Shown piece after piece: positions 11,880 to 23,898 of a DNA stretch of 64,000 bases. The stretch covers positions 3,448,982 through 3,512,981 of the forward strand of contig JBNZDD010013700.1 in assembly GCA_050575255.1 (NCBI GenBank), given 5' to 3'. Made by a program: the position numbers and the translations under genes. Every line of letters begins with the position of its first letter. Positions within the stretch are counted from its first letter, which is position 1. The notes under the pieces are model-generated. The model searched no databases, had not been told where the DNA came from, and saw nothing but the letters and a program-made list of their open reading frames with translations. Origin of the DNA: Harriotta raleighana. Its lineage: Eukaryota.

Positions 11880-12110
11880 TGCTGAGTAAGTGAACACTCA
11901 TTCGTGTTGCAATGTCAGATGAAATGTTAAACCAAGATATCCATCTGACATTATTTGAAAAGAGAAGAGTGTTTCTCCTGTTTTTTTCCCCAACAATCCC
12001 CTGGATAAATTGGTTATTCACTACAGTTCACAAATTAGCTGCATTTGACAGTAATTACTTTTGAGACATTATAAGTGATATATCAAATATAAGGAATATT
12101 ATTTATTTTT
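11880..12110 (+). mobile_element. Old DeuSINE relic
   Basis: TCAGATGAAATGTTAAACC...ATTATTTGAAAAGAGAAGAG...ACAAATTAGCTGC...TATATCAAATATAAGG. Confidence 0.55.
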
Positions 12111-12187
12111 GTTTGTTGTTATTATTATGGTGCTTTAAAATTAAAGTTCTTCTCTTTCCATTCTAAAACTTTTTTGTAGAATCAAGA

Positions 12188-13038
12188 TAATAATAATAAT
12201 CCTTACATTTGATATAGCGCTTTACCCGTCCTCTAGACATCTCAAAGCACTTCACAGAATATACCATAAAGTAAATTGACTGTATATATGTGGACGAAAC
12301 GCAGCAGCCAATTGCGTCCAGCAGTGTCCCACAAACTGTCATGGATTGAAATTACCAGCAGTGTCCCACAAACTGTCATGGATTGAAATTACCAGCAGTG
12401 TCCCACAAACTGTCATGGATTGAAATTACCAGCAGTGTCCCACAAACTGTCATGGATTGAAATTACCAGCAGTGTCCCACAAACTGTCATGGATTGAAAT
12501 TACCAGCAGTGTCCCACAAACTGTCATGGATTGAAATTACCAGCAGTGTCCCACAAACTGTCATGGATTGAAATTACCAGCAGTGTCCCACAAACTGTCA
12601 TGGATTGAAATTACCAGCAGTGTCCCACAAACTGTCATGGATTGAAATTACCAGCAGTGTCCCACAAACTGTCATGGATTGAAATTACCAGCAGTGTCCC
12701 ACAAACTGTCATGGATTGAAATTACCAGCAGTGTCCCACAAACTGTCATGGATTGAAATTACCAGCAGTGTCCCACAAACTGTCATGGATTGAAATTACC
12801 AGCAGTGTCCCACAAACTGTCATGGATTGAAATTACCAGCAGTGTCCCACAAACTGTCATGGATTGAAATTACCAGCAGTGTCCCACAAACTGTCATGGA
12901 TTGAAATTACCAATTGATTATTATTTTCTGTGGGATAATTATCAGGCATACGGAGTATGGAAACTTTCCCAAGGTTTCACCCTGCCTGGAATTGAACCAC
13001 TTGTAAGGGAGTGCTCTAACCACTGAGCTACAGGACAC
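12188..13038 (-). mobile_element. Full-length younger tRNA-DeuSINE containing an internal tandem expansion
   Basis: Tail at 12188 and tRNA head at about 12985-13036 (CTCTAACCACTGAGCTACAGGAC), with the array in between. Confidence 0.9.
12318..12912. repeat. Perfect minisatellite, 16 x 37 bp (CCAGCAGTGTCCCACAAACTGTCATGGATTGAAATTA) plus CCA
   Basis: 12318-12909 is 592 bp = 16 x 37; no unit variants seen and no spacers. Confidence 0.95.
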
Positions 13039-13639
13039 CCGGTGCCACTTAACTGGTGTTTTCCTGTCAAGGAATGTTTCAGCCCCAAGCTCATTTCATT
13101 TAATTTGGGATTCTGTGTTCCACAATAGAATCCAGATAGGGCTCATTGCGAACTACTTTATACAGTATATTAAAAATTTCCCCACCATGAGGAACTAAAG
13201 TATACAATTTCAGTTAAAATAACTGTTTAAACCATTGGATTTTCCTATATAATAAATATGATTGGTGAACTATTGCATTTTGATGGGATTCATTGGGCAG
13301 AGTCTATGAGGAAGCCTGGTCCACATCTGTTTTACATTGGAAAAACAATGCTGCAGTGACAGCTATTAATGAGCTCCTTGAGCACAATGCTGTACTCAGC
13401 TAATTAGTGTGAGCAGTGTTTAAGGAACAATTCATTATATTTCCTTCCGGTCAAGGCTGCACAAAGTAAATGGAAAGTGTGAACATTAAATGCCAGTGTA
13501 TTTTGTGAGTGTTTGTGTATGTATTCAACATTAGAAGGCTGAAAAAACACGATGGTAGTGTTGTAAGGCAGCGAAGTGTATATATTTAGAGTGTGAGGTT
13601 TGGATTCATTAAATAGTATAATTTATTTATTAATTGCTA

Positions 13640-14360
13640 CATTGTTGTTGCTGTCCTTTGGATGAGACATGAAACCGAGGTCTGTCTGTTTAGGTGGATA
13701 GTAAAGATTCCAATGCCACTATTTGAAAGGAAGTTTCTCCCGATGTCCTTTCCAGTAATCACCCATTTACTTGATGGATATTTGTGGGACATTGCTATGT
13801 GCAAAATATGGCAACAATTGGCAGCAGCATTTGCCTACAGAATACATTGCTACTCATCATTCTTTGCAGAAATGTTGAGAAGTCCTTTGAGACATTATAG
13901 ACACCAAATCAAATGCAAGCATTATCATTATTATCTATGATTAAGTTTCTGTGTGTTCAAGTTGCAAAAGGTGTTAGGGTGGCTCATTCTGTAACATTCT
14001 CACCTCTGAATGAGAAGGTTGTGGGTTCAAGCCCCAAATCGGAATATGGAATTCATATAGTTTATGCTGATGATTCAGTGCAGTGCTGGGAGGTACTATC
14101 TTTCAGTTAGTTCCTGTATACCCATGAGATAAAAATTAAACATCCTGTGAAACTATTAGAAAAGAGTGCCCTGACCCAATAATTCCCCGAATAAAATTGG
14201 ATACTCATTGTACGGCGGTTTGGGAGGTCTTACTGTGAGCAAGCAGTTCACTCAAATAATACAGTTGCACTATATGATAGACAGTACTGTATTCTGTGAA
14301 GCCATCTGAGACAGCTTGATGATGTTATCAGATGCTGCATCAGATATAAAGATTATTCTA
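13640..14360 (+). mobile_element. Two adjacent old DeuSINE relics (about 13640-13940 and 13965-14360)
   Basis: CCTTTGGATGAGACATGAAACCGAGGTCTGTCTG...TTTGTGGGACATTGCTATGTGCAAAATATGGC; the second copy has the B-box-like GTGGGTTCAAGCCCC. Confidence 0.7.
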
Positions 14361-14982
14361 AAGTTGTATTCCAAAAATATATTTTTTAAATCTTCAACGG
14401 ACTAGCTTAGTGCGGTCCTACTTAAATCTTTATATTACATGAATGCAGTTTAAAAAAATAATAATTTCTTGTAAATTTGTAGATTGCAAGCCTCTGAAAT
14501 TTAGAGAATGGCTGATGGGATGAGGAGTCAGGTGCACATAACATGGCATTGCTTCTGGATTCTTAACAAACCAACTGCATCTCTAACATTTTCCACACAG
14601 CTGAAAATAAACTGGGGTCACGAGGCAGTAATGGCAAAAGGAGAAATAAATTAGAAATTGCAAGTACTTTGTCACGCTATGGCCTTTATGAAAGTCATTA
14701 TTTTTGGCACCCTGCTTAAGCCAACGAAACATAGATCGGGCTGTGCAGGAAGGACACTGAAATATTCATTGGCTCTATCTTCATTGCAGGTGAAAAGGTT
14801 GTTCTATCTCAGTCAACGTTTCTTGACCACTTGTCAATCCAACTCAGTTTGAAAATCTTCTATCCCTTGAAGGTGAAAGAGAAAAGGCAGGAGAATGTGA
14901 CTAAACAGATAGCTCTGTCAGAGAGTAACACAGACCTAAAAGATTGTCTGGCCTTCTTCTGTCAACAACACAACAACTTGGA

Positions 14983-15027
14983 TTTATATGGTACCCTCCA
15001 CGCCGAACGGCGTCTCAAAGCACTTTG
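14983..15027 (-). mobile_element. Solo L2-type tail, second variant
   Basis: Reverse complement reads CAAAGTGCTTTGAGACGCCGTTCGGCGTGGAGGGTACCATATAAATCCAAGTTGTTG. Confidence 0.6.
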
Positions 15028-17473
15028 TCCTGTAGATTTCAGCCATTCTCTGGTTCTATGAACTGGTTATTTAGGGAATTTCTGGGTATGAAGAAATGGT
15101 AGGAAAATTGTTTTTTAAAATCAGCCATAAACTCACAAACTAGTTCATTTATTATATAGTGACATTGCACACAAACCAATATTGATTAAGGCTGTTGTGT
15201 ATTTTTAGAGTTTGCGCATTTATTCTCAGGGTTCTTGGAATGGCCTTAAATTGATGGGACATGTGGGATGTGAACACCTGTACCTCAAATGCGGGTTCTA
15301 CAAGCTTTTTGTTACCTCACAACTGTCAGAAGTGGACACATTATGGAATCTCTGTCCTTATCAGGTTTCATCCTCTTCTGCCACCTCTTTTATATAAACC
15401 ATAAAAGAATTGGAGTAATCTTCCATTTGACTGATTGGATGTAAACTATAACTTTCAATAAGCTAAAAGGTCAAACAACAAAGACCAAGTGGTTAGTATA
15501 TTTTATGTATATTTTAAAGGCACAACTTTTTGGAGGGCACAAAATTTGAGGGAGTCTTTCTCATGTGATAGGACACCACTGGACTTAATACTGTAATTAC
15601 ATTAAAATGACAAACTTCTGGAGGTAAATTCAGGGCATTTTAAGTGTTGAGAAACTCTCTACGTTAATAGAATAATAGAATTTGATGGAATTTCACCTTG
15701 TTAATGCTGTTAAAGGTTAAACATTTCTTTGGTATGAAACAGGGCAGTTTCTGATGTCCAGAGGAGCAGGATATTTGCTTGTCTTGTATTGTGTTATGTG
15801 TCTGCTCCTCTCTTGAGATTGCCTGTCACATCAAACCCTATCACATTCTTCTTCGTTACTTCTTGATCCATTGTTCCAGTAGCAAACCCCAACAGTCTCA
15901 CTCAGACCTTCCTGAATAATATGCCCATAGAATGTCATTTTTCTGATCACTCACTTCTTCAACAGAAAGATTATAAATAATGTAAATCAGTTTGGGGGTA
16001 AAATTTCTGTTCAGCATGAAGTGTTTTGGCTTTGGATTTCCCCATAGAAGCTATATATCGCCAAGGGCATGTGTATAACAATCAACAGAATTTTTATCCC
16101 TGTGGGTTTTGCATGAATAATTGGGAAATTATATATGTTTACATTCATTGCAACCAAAAAGATGCAGTATTTATTTTAATGTTTCATACGTTATTTATTC
16201 TCTTTGCAAATATTTAAGAGAATTCTGGCTGACCAGATGCAAAGCTTTTATAAAATATCCAAGCAAGCAGGCAATGCACAAAAATATTGGCTGCTTCTCA
16301 GATTGGTTTGTGCTGATCTCACATCTGCAATAGGGTGTTGAAGTCATGTGCTCACTGCACTGCCTGACTGTAATGCTCATACATCTGCACCAAGCTTCTC
16401 ATGCTGCTCAGAATGGAAGAGCGAAAGGCTTTTCACACTGATTTCACAGCCCTTTTGACCCTCAGACTCTATATGGAATCTTGCATGGCAGATTTTAATT
16501 GCACTCATGAGGCTGCCTGTTTCTATGTCGCCAGTGACTTTGTGAGACAGCTTCATGCATGGAAATACAAAATGAATCACCCAGGTAGGCATTCGGCAAA
16601 TGTGCCTTATGACAGCCGAGGATAGCTCCAACAAAATATTTTTCATCTCTGACAGATCTCTCTGCTTAAAATGACAAACATCCCTATGTGCAACGTCCAG
16701 TGTCCTCTATAAAATTATGCTGAAGGTGTTAAGGCACAGAGGGTCACAAGTTGTACAATAATAATACAGTATAAGGTGTGTGAAATACTCTTCAGTCCAG
16801 CTGTATCTGCGTACGCAGCAGTTAGCCAGTCTGACAAAGTCCAGGGTCATCCAGCAGCAGTTAAAATCACAAGGTCAAAGCAAGTTAAATAAATGATTTA
16901 TGTGTGCTGCAAAGCAGAGGATGGCAATTTGGAAATGTTATATAAGTGATTTTCTTCAAAAAAAGCAATCTCATTTAAACAAACAGTTGTGTTGGTTTTG
17001 CTATTATCCATGGAGAATAAAACAAAAGAGAGGGATCTCAGTTACATCGTGCACATGCCTGCAGATAATACATACACTTATTTAAGAGTTGGCAACTGCT
17101 TTTCAGGCACTGCCATTCTTTGTTTTCTGGAACAATAAAGAAGCAGGGTTATCATATAGTAAACTGAGGATAGCTCTACCCTGGCTAAACTAGTCACTAT
17201 CACTTAAGATGCCATGCTGTCAATATCCCGGCTACGTGCCATGCAAAATATTAATAAAGTTAATAAATGTTAATGCTTTACTTGTCATTTGTTCTAACAC
17301 ATAACTAGTCACGTCCTAGAAATTCTTGTAAGTGCTTACAATATAAAATTGATTGGATAACTCATCTTATAAGATGGAGTCTAGTATTGCAAAGACCTCC
17401 CACACTAACCTGTTACTGCCATGGGCGCTTGGAGATGGTTGGGTGCACATGCTGAGATGTAGCACAGAGATCT

Positions 17474-17808
17474 CTGGATGTGGCTCAGTGGTTAGAGCGA
17501 GAGACCTGGTTTTGATTCCCAGCATGGCGAAACCTTAGGCAAGTTTCCTTACTCCACATGACTGATAATAATCCCTCAAAAAAAAAAAAAAAATTGTCAT
17601 TTCAATCCACAACTGTGTGTGGCACATGGCTGTGTACAATTGGCCACAGCGTTTCACCCACATATATACAGTCAATTCATTTTACAGTACATTTTGTGAA
17701 GTACTTTGAGACATCTAGAAGACGTGACAGATACAGCTGGACTGTACAACTATTATTGTTCAACAATAGAATGCTGTATCAAATGCATGGATTATTATTA
17801 TTATTATT
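17474..17808 (+). mobile_element. Younger tRNA-DeuSINE, near full length
   Basis: TGTGGCTCAGTGGTTAGAGC head, Deu core, and TATCAAATGCATGGATTATTATTATT tail. Confidence 0.85.
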
Positions 17809-18029
17809 GCAACAGAATAGGGTGGGATGCCCTCCAATAGACCAGAGGCCTATGGGATGCATCTGAGAATGGATCCCCAACCTCCACTGATTGCCCACAC
17901 CAGTCACCGCACTCCTTATGACTCAGGAGGACCTATACCTAACTAGTCACTTGGATAACTATTTGTTGTGCCCTCTTCCCATGAACTGGTGCATTATCAG
18001 GAGGATACTGTACACTGTATTTCTGAAAT

Positions 18030-18176
18030 ATAGTCGTGGATTGAAATGACTAATTGTTTGGTTTTAAGGGATTATTATCAGGTTGAATAAGAAAACTTGT
18101 CCAAGGTTTTGCCCTGCCTGGAATCTAACTCAGGTCTCTCGCTTGCAAGGTGAGTGCACTAACCACTGAGCTACAG
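18030..18176 (-). mobile_element. Younger tRNA-DeuSINE 5' half
   Basis: GTCGTGGATTGAAATGAC ... CTAACCACTGAGCTACAGG. Confidence 0.8.
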
Positions 18177-18354
18177 GCTGTGAAGATTGTTGCATTATGG
18201 GAGGTACTGTCCTTCAGACGATCCTAAGGTATTATTTGGAAACACAAGGGAGTTCAAAATACTGTATTCCATATTTTATTGTAATATAAATGTAAATGTG
18301 GATGTTATGGTGTGTATGTGCTCTTGCCCCTTGTCGGTGGTGGATATTGATATA

Positions 18355-18865
18355 CAGTAAAAGCCTGTTTATCTGGCACCCACAGGACCTGGCCAATGCC
18401 GGTTAAATGGTTGGATCTGATGCCGAAAACCCAACACCAAAAAATTAACTTATTTTAACACATACCATATTAATAATAGACTAAATAATAACAGGTAATA
18501 ACAGAATATTGTATGGGTACTTTATTGTAAATGTTGTACACTGTACAATATAAATAATACATTAAATACAGTAATAACAGATACTGTAATAACAGAATAT
18601 TGTATTAGTACTTTATTATTTATACTTAACTTCTGCAATGGCGGCCAAAAAAAGGGAAGAAACAAATGGCAGCATGACTTTAAAAACAAACGGCAGCACG
18701 ACTTTCAGGCTGTACTTGCGGCAAGCGAAAATACCTGTACAGTACTTTCATGCGACAATCGATTCATTAAATGTGCCTCTGCGGTTTATCGGATGGGACT
18801 TTTTTGACGTACCGGTTAAACAGAAGTTCCAGTTCATCAAGTCATGGATAAACGGGCTTTTACTG
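18355..18865. mobile_element. Tigger/pogo-like MITE, related to 10511-10922
   Basis: TA|CAGTAAAAGCCTGTTTATC ... GATAAACGGGCTTTTACTG|TA, with a TA target-site duplication on both sides. Confidence 0.9.
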
Positions 18866-19117
18866 TATCTCTCATGCTCTCTGGTTGACGGAATAGCACT
18901 AGACTGAAGAAGGCTGCTTTCACTGAGCATCGGCAACAGGCATAAGCCAATTGTTTGTTAGTAAGACTATTCCTGCTCTCAGCACAGCAAGAGCAGCCTA
19001 CGGCTGGAGTCACAATGTTCTTTATTGCAGGAGTTTGCAACAAAGTCACCTTCCAGAGCAAATATACCTAATCGGTACAAGAGCCCTCCAGCTACACATG
19101 TGTCTCCACATTAGTAC

Positions 19118-19760
19118 CTCTGGTGAAGGATGTCTCTCTTTAAACTGTTCACCCTCTATATAGATTTTCGACAGTGTCCCTGTCAAGGTTTCTGAACTCC
19201 TCCACAAATACTGACTGTGACCTCTCACTAATAGTCAAAGACAACTCTAACTTACTCTTCAGTTTTACATTCCAAAACTCCATTGCATCAGTCGAAACAT
19301 CCTTGAAAGTTAAGCTACTTAGTTTGTACTGTACTATATAATGGAGATTGCATGTGCAGCCAACCAGCCTCGGCAGATCCCAGTAGTGTATAGTAGTGTT
19401 GTTCTGCATATTAAACTCTGTTGTCTTCCATGGTTTTACAGAGGAATAAAAGTAACTGCTCCACACAGTTCACATATTGTATCAGCTTACTTCAGTATAT
19501 GCAGGAATAACTCTCCTCGGGTGGATGTCTTAATAGGGGATCATGCTCTGAAAAGTCAAAAAATGCACCCCTATGCCCTCAACCTATCGGGTGGTTCATC
19601 TTGTGGTTCATCCACTATACAATGTCCAGCCCATTAGAGTTGCTGGACTTATGAGTGCTTCAAGTGGTCGTTCGGATCCTGTGTCTCGGTCTCACTGTCT
19701 GCTTCACGTGATCTTTCTGCATCAACATCTGCAGCATGTGACTCTGCAGAGCTGGTGACT
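19118..19760 (-). pseudogene. Possible decayed two-exon coding remnant (19760-19491 and 19328-19118)
   Basis: Strong acceptor TCTTTATCTTTTGCAG| at 19760 and donor GAA|GTAAGC at 19491; acidic, protein-like translations broken by stops and frameshifts; no family recognised. Confidence 0.3.
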
Positions 19761-20059
19761 CTGCAAAAGATAAAGACAGTTATTCAATGCCATGAGCCAT
19801 AAGGTATGGAGTAAAGCTCTTTGGTTAATTTTATTTCATCCTTCTAGAATATTTACAAAGTATTACTTTGGATTGCACCTAATTGCAGCATCAACTACTT
19901 CAAAACAATTATAAATGATCAGACTGAAAGTGCTAGCACAGGTCACACTTCTCAAAGAGGAAGAATGTATTACGTTAGAGAAATGAGATAAAACAACAAC
20001 AGTAGTGCAATGATTTGGTACTCTTTACATGGAGTAACTCTTGGAACGGTTCACAGAGA

Positions 20060-20330
20060 GAGGGTTAAAGTGAGATCCTATCTTCCTGTTTAGGTTGACG
20101 TTAAAGATCCCATGAGACTGTTTGAAAAGAGAACGAAGTTCCTACTGATGTCTGGTCAACAATCCCCCAAATAAATTTGGCCAGTTTACTTAATGTGCAC
20201 AAATTGGTTGCAGTGTTCAATTAAAAATACACAGTCACCAACATTATAGTGTATCTTGTGAAGCACTTTAAGACATCTTGACAACCTGATAAGGATAAAT
20301 ATCAAATGCAAGGATTACTAATTTTATTGT
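20060..20330 (+). mobile_element. Old DeuSINE relic
   Basis: GTTGACGTTAAAGATCCCATGAGACTGTTTGAAAAGAG...GTGCACAAATTGGTTGC...TATCAAATGCAAGGATTA. Confidence 0.7.
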
Positions 20331-22130
20331 TGTTATCCACAAACCGCAATTTGTTGTGATGGACTACCCAGTAATCGCAAGGCAGGAGATAGGTTTAATA
20401 CTGCTGAGACGCCTTCATGGTTTAATAATAAGACAAATAATGACAGTGGCTGCAAGATGTTTATGTGAGATAAGATGTCAACCCTCTTGTGCTTCCAATG
20501 GCAAGGGCACCAAAATGTCTAGACTGGACAAAGATGAACATGTTCTAAGGCTGGGGAGATTTAACAACCACTATTTACTCATCCTGATAATAGTTTTTTT
20601 TAAAAAACAATGTGGTGAATGTGCATTCTTTACATGTGCACACACCTGTGAGGTCGCCAATTCATGTTTAGACAGTCTGATGAAAATGCAAGAGCCTTGT
20701 TGAGTCATCAGAACACACCTGTTGACCAGGAGGAAAAGCTTGTATAATGAATGATAGTGCTTTTGTGTTTTGTGAACAGTGCAATAGCACAATTTTACAG
20801 ATAAGTATTGGTTCATTTCAGATGTCCTTAACTCTATTCATGTATCTCCCAGCAAAATATCTTTTCCAAAGAATATACTTTAAAAAATCTACATGAACAG
20901 TTACTATGAAATGCAACTATAAAAACATTTTATTTCTGAATTTCCCAATTATTCTTACTTCATAGAAATTTATAGCACAAATTTTCAGGCCATCATATCT
21001 TTTAAACAAAGAATACTTTTTACCTTCTCATTGGTAGCATGCTAGAAATTCCTCTGGTTATAACAAGGTGCTCAAACTGAGTGAAATAATCCAGCAATGG
21101 CCTAAAGGCTTCAGCAAAATACTCAGTACAGGGGCAATCCTGCAGTAGTGTTGGCTATCAGAGAGCACAGAACTGGGATTTATCAGAAAGTTGAGGGAGG
21201 TCGGTTATTTACAAAGTTTCCTAATTTGGTTTTGAATTTAGTCTTTCCTTTATGAAAAAAGTGCTGTCAAGATATCCTGCTTTGCATGAGCAATGACTTT
21301 TTTGACAGTTCAAGTGCATCACAAGTGCTGCAGTTGTCATTGTCCATTTAAAGTTTGTTCATATATCTCTATGTGAAGTCTAATTTAGCTGAAATCATTT
21401 GCTAACACTAGTCTTAGCTGCCGGTGTGGTGACTCCAAGAGGAAGTGAATTGACAGCTCCCTGCTGGTAAGAGGATGCTGTACATGGAGTGGTGAACTAG
21501 TCTATCCTGCACCTCTCCTCAGATTGGATTCTCTGAACTGGTTTTGAGTGATAGACCAGGGTATGCACTCTGAAATATAGCTCATGTATAATTAATTACA
21601 CCACAGGAAATAAACATGAGTGACAGACAGAATGCACTATTTTTAACATCTTAGGAATGTTGCTAATTGTTTTAGATCTATATGACCTTTGATCCTCTAT
21701 CATCTTCACAACATCTTATATAACAAAGTAAGGAAGATGCATATTGCAATTTCAAGCTGTATTTAATTCTATCTTGTTTAATCTCATTGACATTCTCTCC
21801 TTCCTCTCCGGAAGATGCTGACATGCTACGGAATCATTTCCCAGATGCCAATCTCCCTCTGACCCACACTCTATTTGCCAGTCTTCTAGCTTTAAGCACA
21901 ATTGTGGTCTAGAGACGAGAATATAGTTTTAAATTGATATTGCCTTGACAAACAAAGCATGTGATAAGTGTTGCAACAGAAAAGGCAGGAAATGATCATG
22001 TGGGTCCTGGGATGGGAACTAAGTGATTGGAAAGGGAGGAGATTGGAAATGGAGAGTAAAGATATCAAGTGATTGGAAAGGGGATGCTTTTGAAAAATAT
22101 CAAATATATCTTCACCTTTAGTGTCATACA

Positions 22131-22447
22131 GTCCTGTAGCTCAGTGGTTAGAGCACTGCCCTTGCAAGCAAGAGACCCGGGTTCAATTCCTGGCGGGACA
22201 AAACAGTGGGCAAGTTTCTTTACTCCACATGCCTAATATAATCTCTCCCCACAAAAAAACAATAATAATTTGGTCACACAATCCATGACTGTTTGTGGGA
22301 CATGGCTGTGTGCAAAATGGCTGCTGCGTTTCACCCACAAATATACAATCAATTCACTTTACAGTATATTCTGTGAAGCGCTTTGAGATATATAGAAGAC
22401 ATGAAAAGCATTACAGCATATCAAATGCTAGGATTATTATGATTATC
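22131..22447 (+). mobile_element. Full-length younger tRNA-DeuSINE
   Basis: tRNA-like head 22131-22200 with A box TAGCTCAGTGG and B box GGTTCAATTCC, Deu core, L2-like tail with (ATT)n. Confidence 0.92.
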
Positions 22448-23436
22448 AAGCAGGTACATGGCTGACCTGAGAGTCTTATCTCCAGGTCAAGATTGTTTTT
22501 TCTTTGTCTACTAAGTTTTGTTAAAGCTGCCAGTGTCATTGTTCTAGTATCATGGATTTTCTGTCCCTTAACATTGCGATCAATTATCTTGTTCCAGCAG
22601 TGTAAGTGAGGCATAGGATTTTAAGGACCAATAAAATACTATTGAATTTTCTATACAGTGCATCTCGAGTTTTAAATTCAAGGATTGAATGAGAGGCACA
22701 ATCAGGTTATTAGAAAAGTCAGCTATCTTGTAGCACGAAGGACGCTGATTGAATCCATCCCACATCTCACATTTTCATGCTGTAAGGCATTGGGATTACC
22801 TGTGGTCATGTTAATCTCTTTCAGTGGAGTTTTGATCAGAGACAGAATTTGCACGATACAGCGTAGGATCTATACAGAGTTACCCAGTACACCGTGCAGT
22901 TTATCATAACGCGGGTATACATTTAGAGGTGAGAACGATCGCAGTAGTGAAACTATTTGTTAGCATTTCTACTGCCACCTCAGCTGAGATCAACTCAACA
23001 ACAACACCGTGGGATTTTAAACTTCAATGCTTGGTCTACAGGCCCAAAATTCCACCTAATCCTAGCCTGTTAGACCATTTACTATAAATATAAGATCATA
23101 CAGAATTGAGTAATATTCTTAAATGCAGTCTAAATTTGTAAGATGTTTCCCCGAAGAATCATAGAAATGCAGCTGTCAAATTAAGACTGAATTTAAGAAT
23201 TTTCCTCAATTTTGCACAATCTTAAATTTTAAGACAAAAATGGTCTTGCAGGAAACACTTGCGCGTAGTGGGCAGGAAACAATTTGGGCAGCAACCTAAT
23301 ACCTGGATCTTGACTGTTCCAAATGTCCATTCACACATGTCTCCTGAAAAACAAGAGCAACTGGAATTTAAGTAATCCTTCTGCATAACTCGCCTTTACA
23401 TAGTGGCTTATATGTAGGAAAATGTCTCAAAGCACT

Positions 23437-23570
23437 TAGATTCATAGATTCATAGAAGTTTACGGCACAAAAGGAGGCCATTCGGCCCATCTAGTCTGTG
23501 CCGGCTCTTTGAAAAGAGCGATTTAATCCCACTGCCCTGCTCGCTCCCCATAGCCTAATAGACCTGCTCT
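23437..23570 (-). mobile_element. CR1 LINE 3' tail
   Basis: TAGATTCATAGATTCATAGAAG octamer tail followed by GGAGGCCATTCGGCCCATC. Confidence 0.75.
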
Positions 23571-23680
23571 CCCTAAATAAAGATCTATGGAATGGGAACC
23601 TTGGCAGGATGAATAATAAATAATGGGAAACAGATTCATTAAACTTCTTTGAAACATTTGGAGCAGTTAGCCAGTCTTGT

Positions 23681-23898
23681 AAAAAAAACATAGAAGTTGC
23701 TGGGGAAACTCAGACAGGCAGCATCCATGGAGAAAGGAAACTGAGTCAACTTTTCGGGTCCACAACCCTTCTGACGAAGAAGCCGGACCTGAAATATTGA
23801 CTCACTTTCCTTTATCCATGGATGCTGCCTGAATTGCTGAGTTTCCCCAGCAACTTCTGTGTTTTTTTTCGGATTCCCAGCATCTGTAGTATTTTGTG
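23681..23898. mobile_element. ORF-less palindromic Penelope-like pseudo-LTR element with 15-bp TSD
   Basis: Arms 23681-23770 and 23771-23870 are inverted copies that match the pLTRs of 39761-40820; flanks GTTAGCCAGTCTTGT (23666-23680) and GTTAGTCAGTCTTGT (23899-23913). Confidence 0.85.

Noticed and set aside
12318-12912. CRISPR array (37-bp unit containing ATTGAAA)
   Set aside because: Units abut with no spacers, the unit is a piece of the surrounding SINE, there are no cas genes, and the context is vertebrate.
17820-17990. Harbinger transposase remnant (QMHPIGLWSIGG on minus versus the KMRFRCLDRSGG-type motif)
   Set aside because: Only a few residues match and neighbouring motifs cannot be recovered by eye; an HMM search is needed.
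22131-22200. Genuine tRNA-Ala or tRNA-Val gene
   Set aside because: The anticodon stem is mispaired, there is no oligo-T terminator, and it continues into the SINE body seen in many copies.
23681-23870. DNA-transposon MITE or pre-miRNA
   Set aside because: Both arms match the Penelope pLTR, the element extends asymmetrically beyond the inverted repeat, and the TSD is 15 bp rather than TA or 8 bp.
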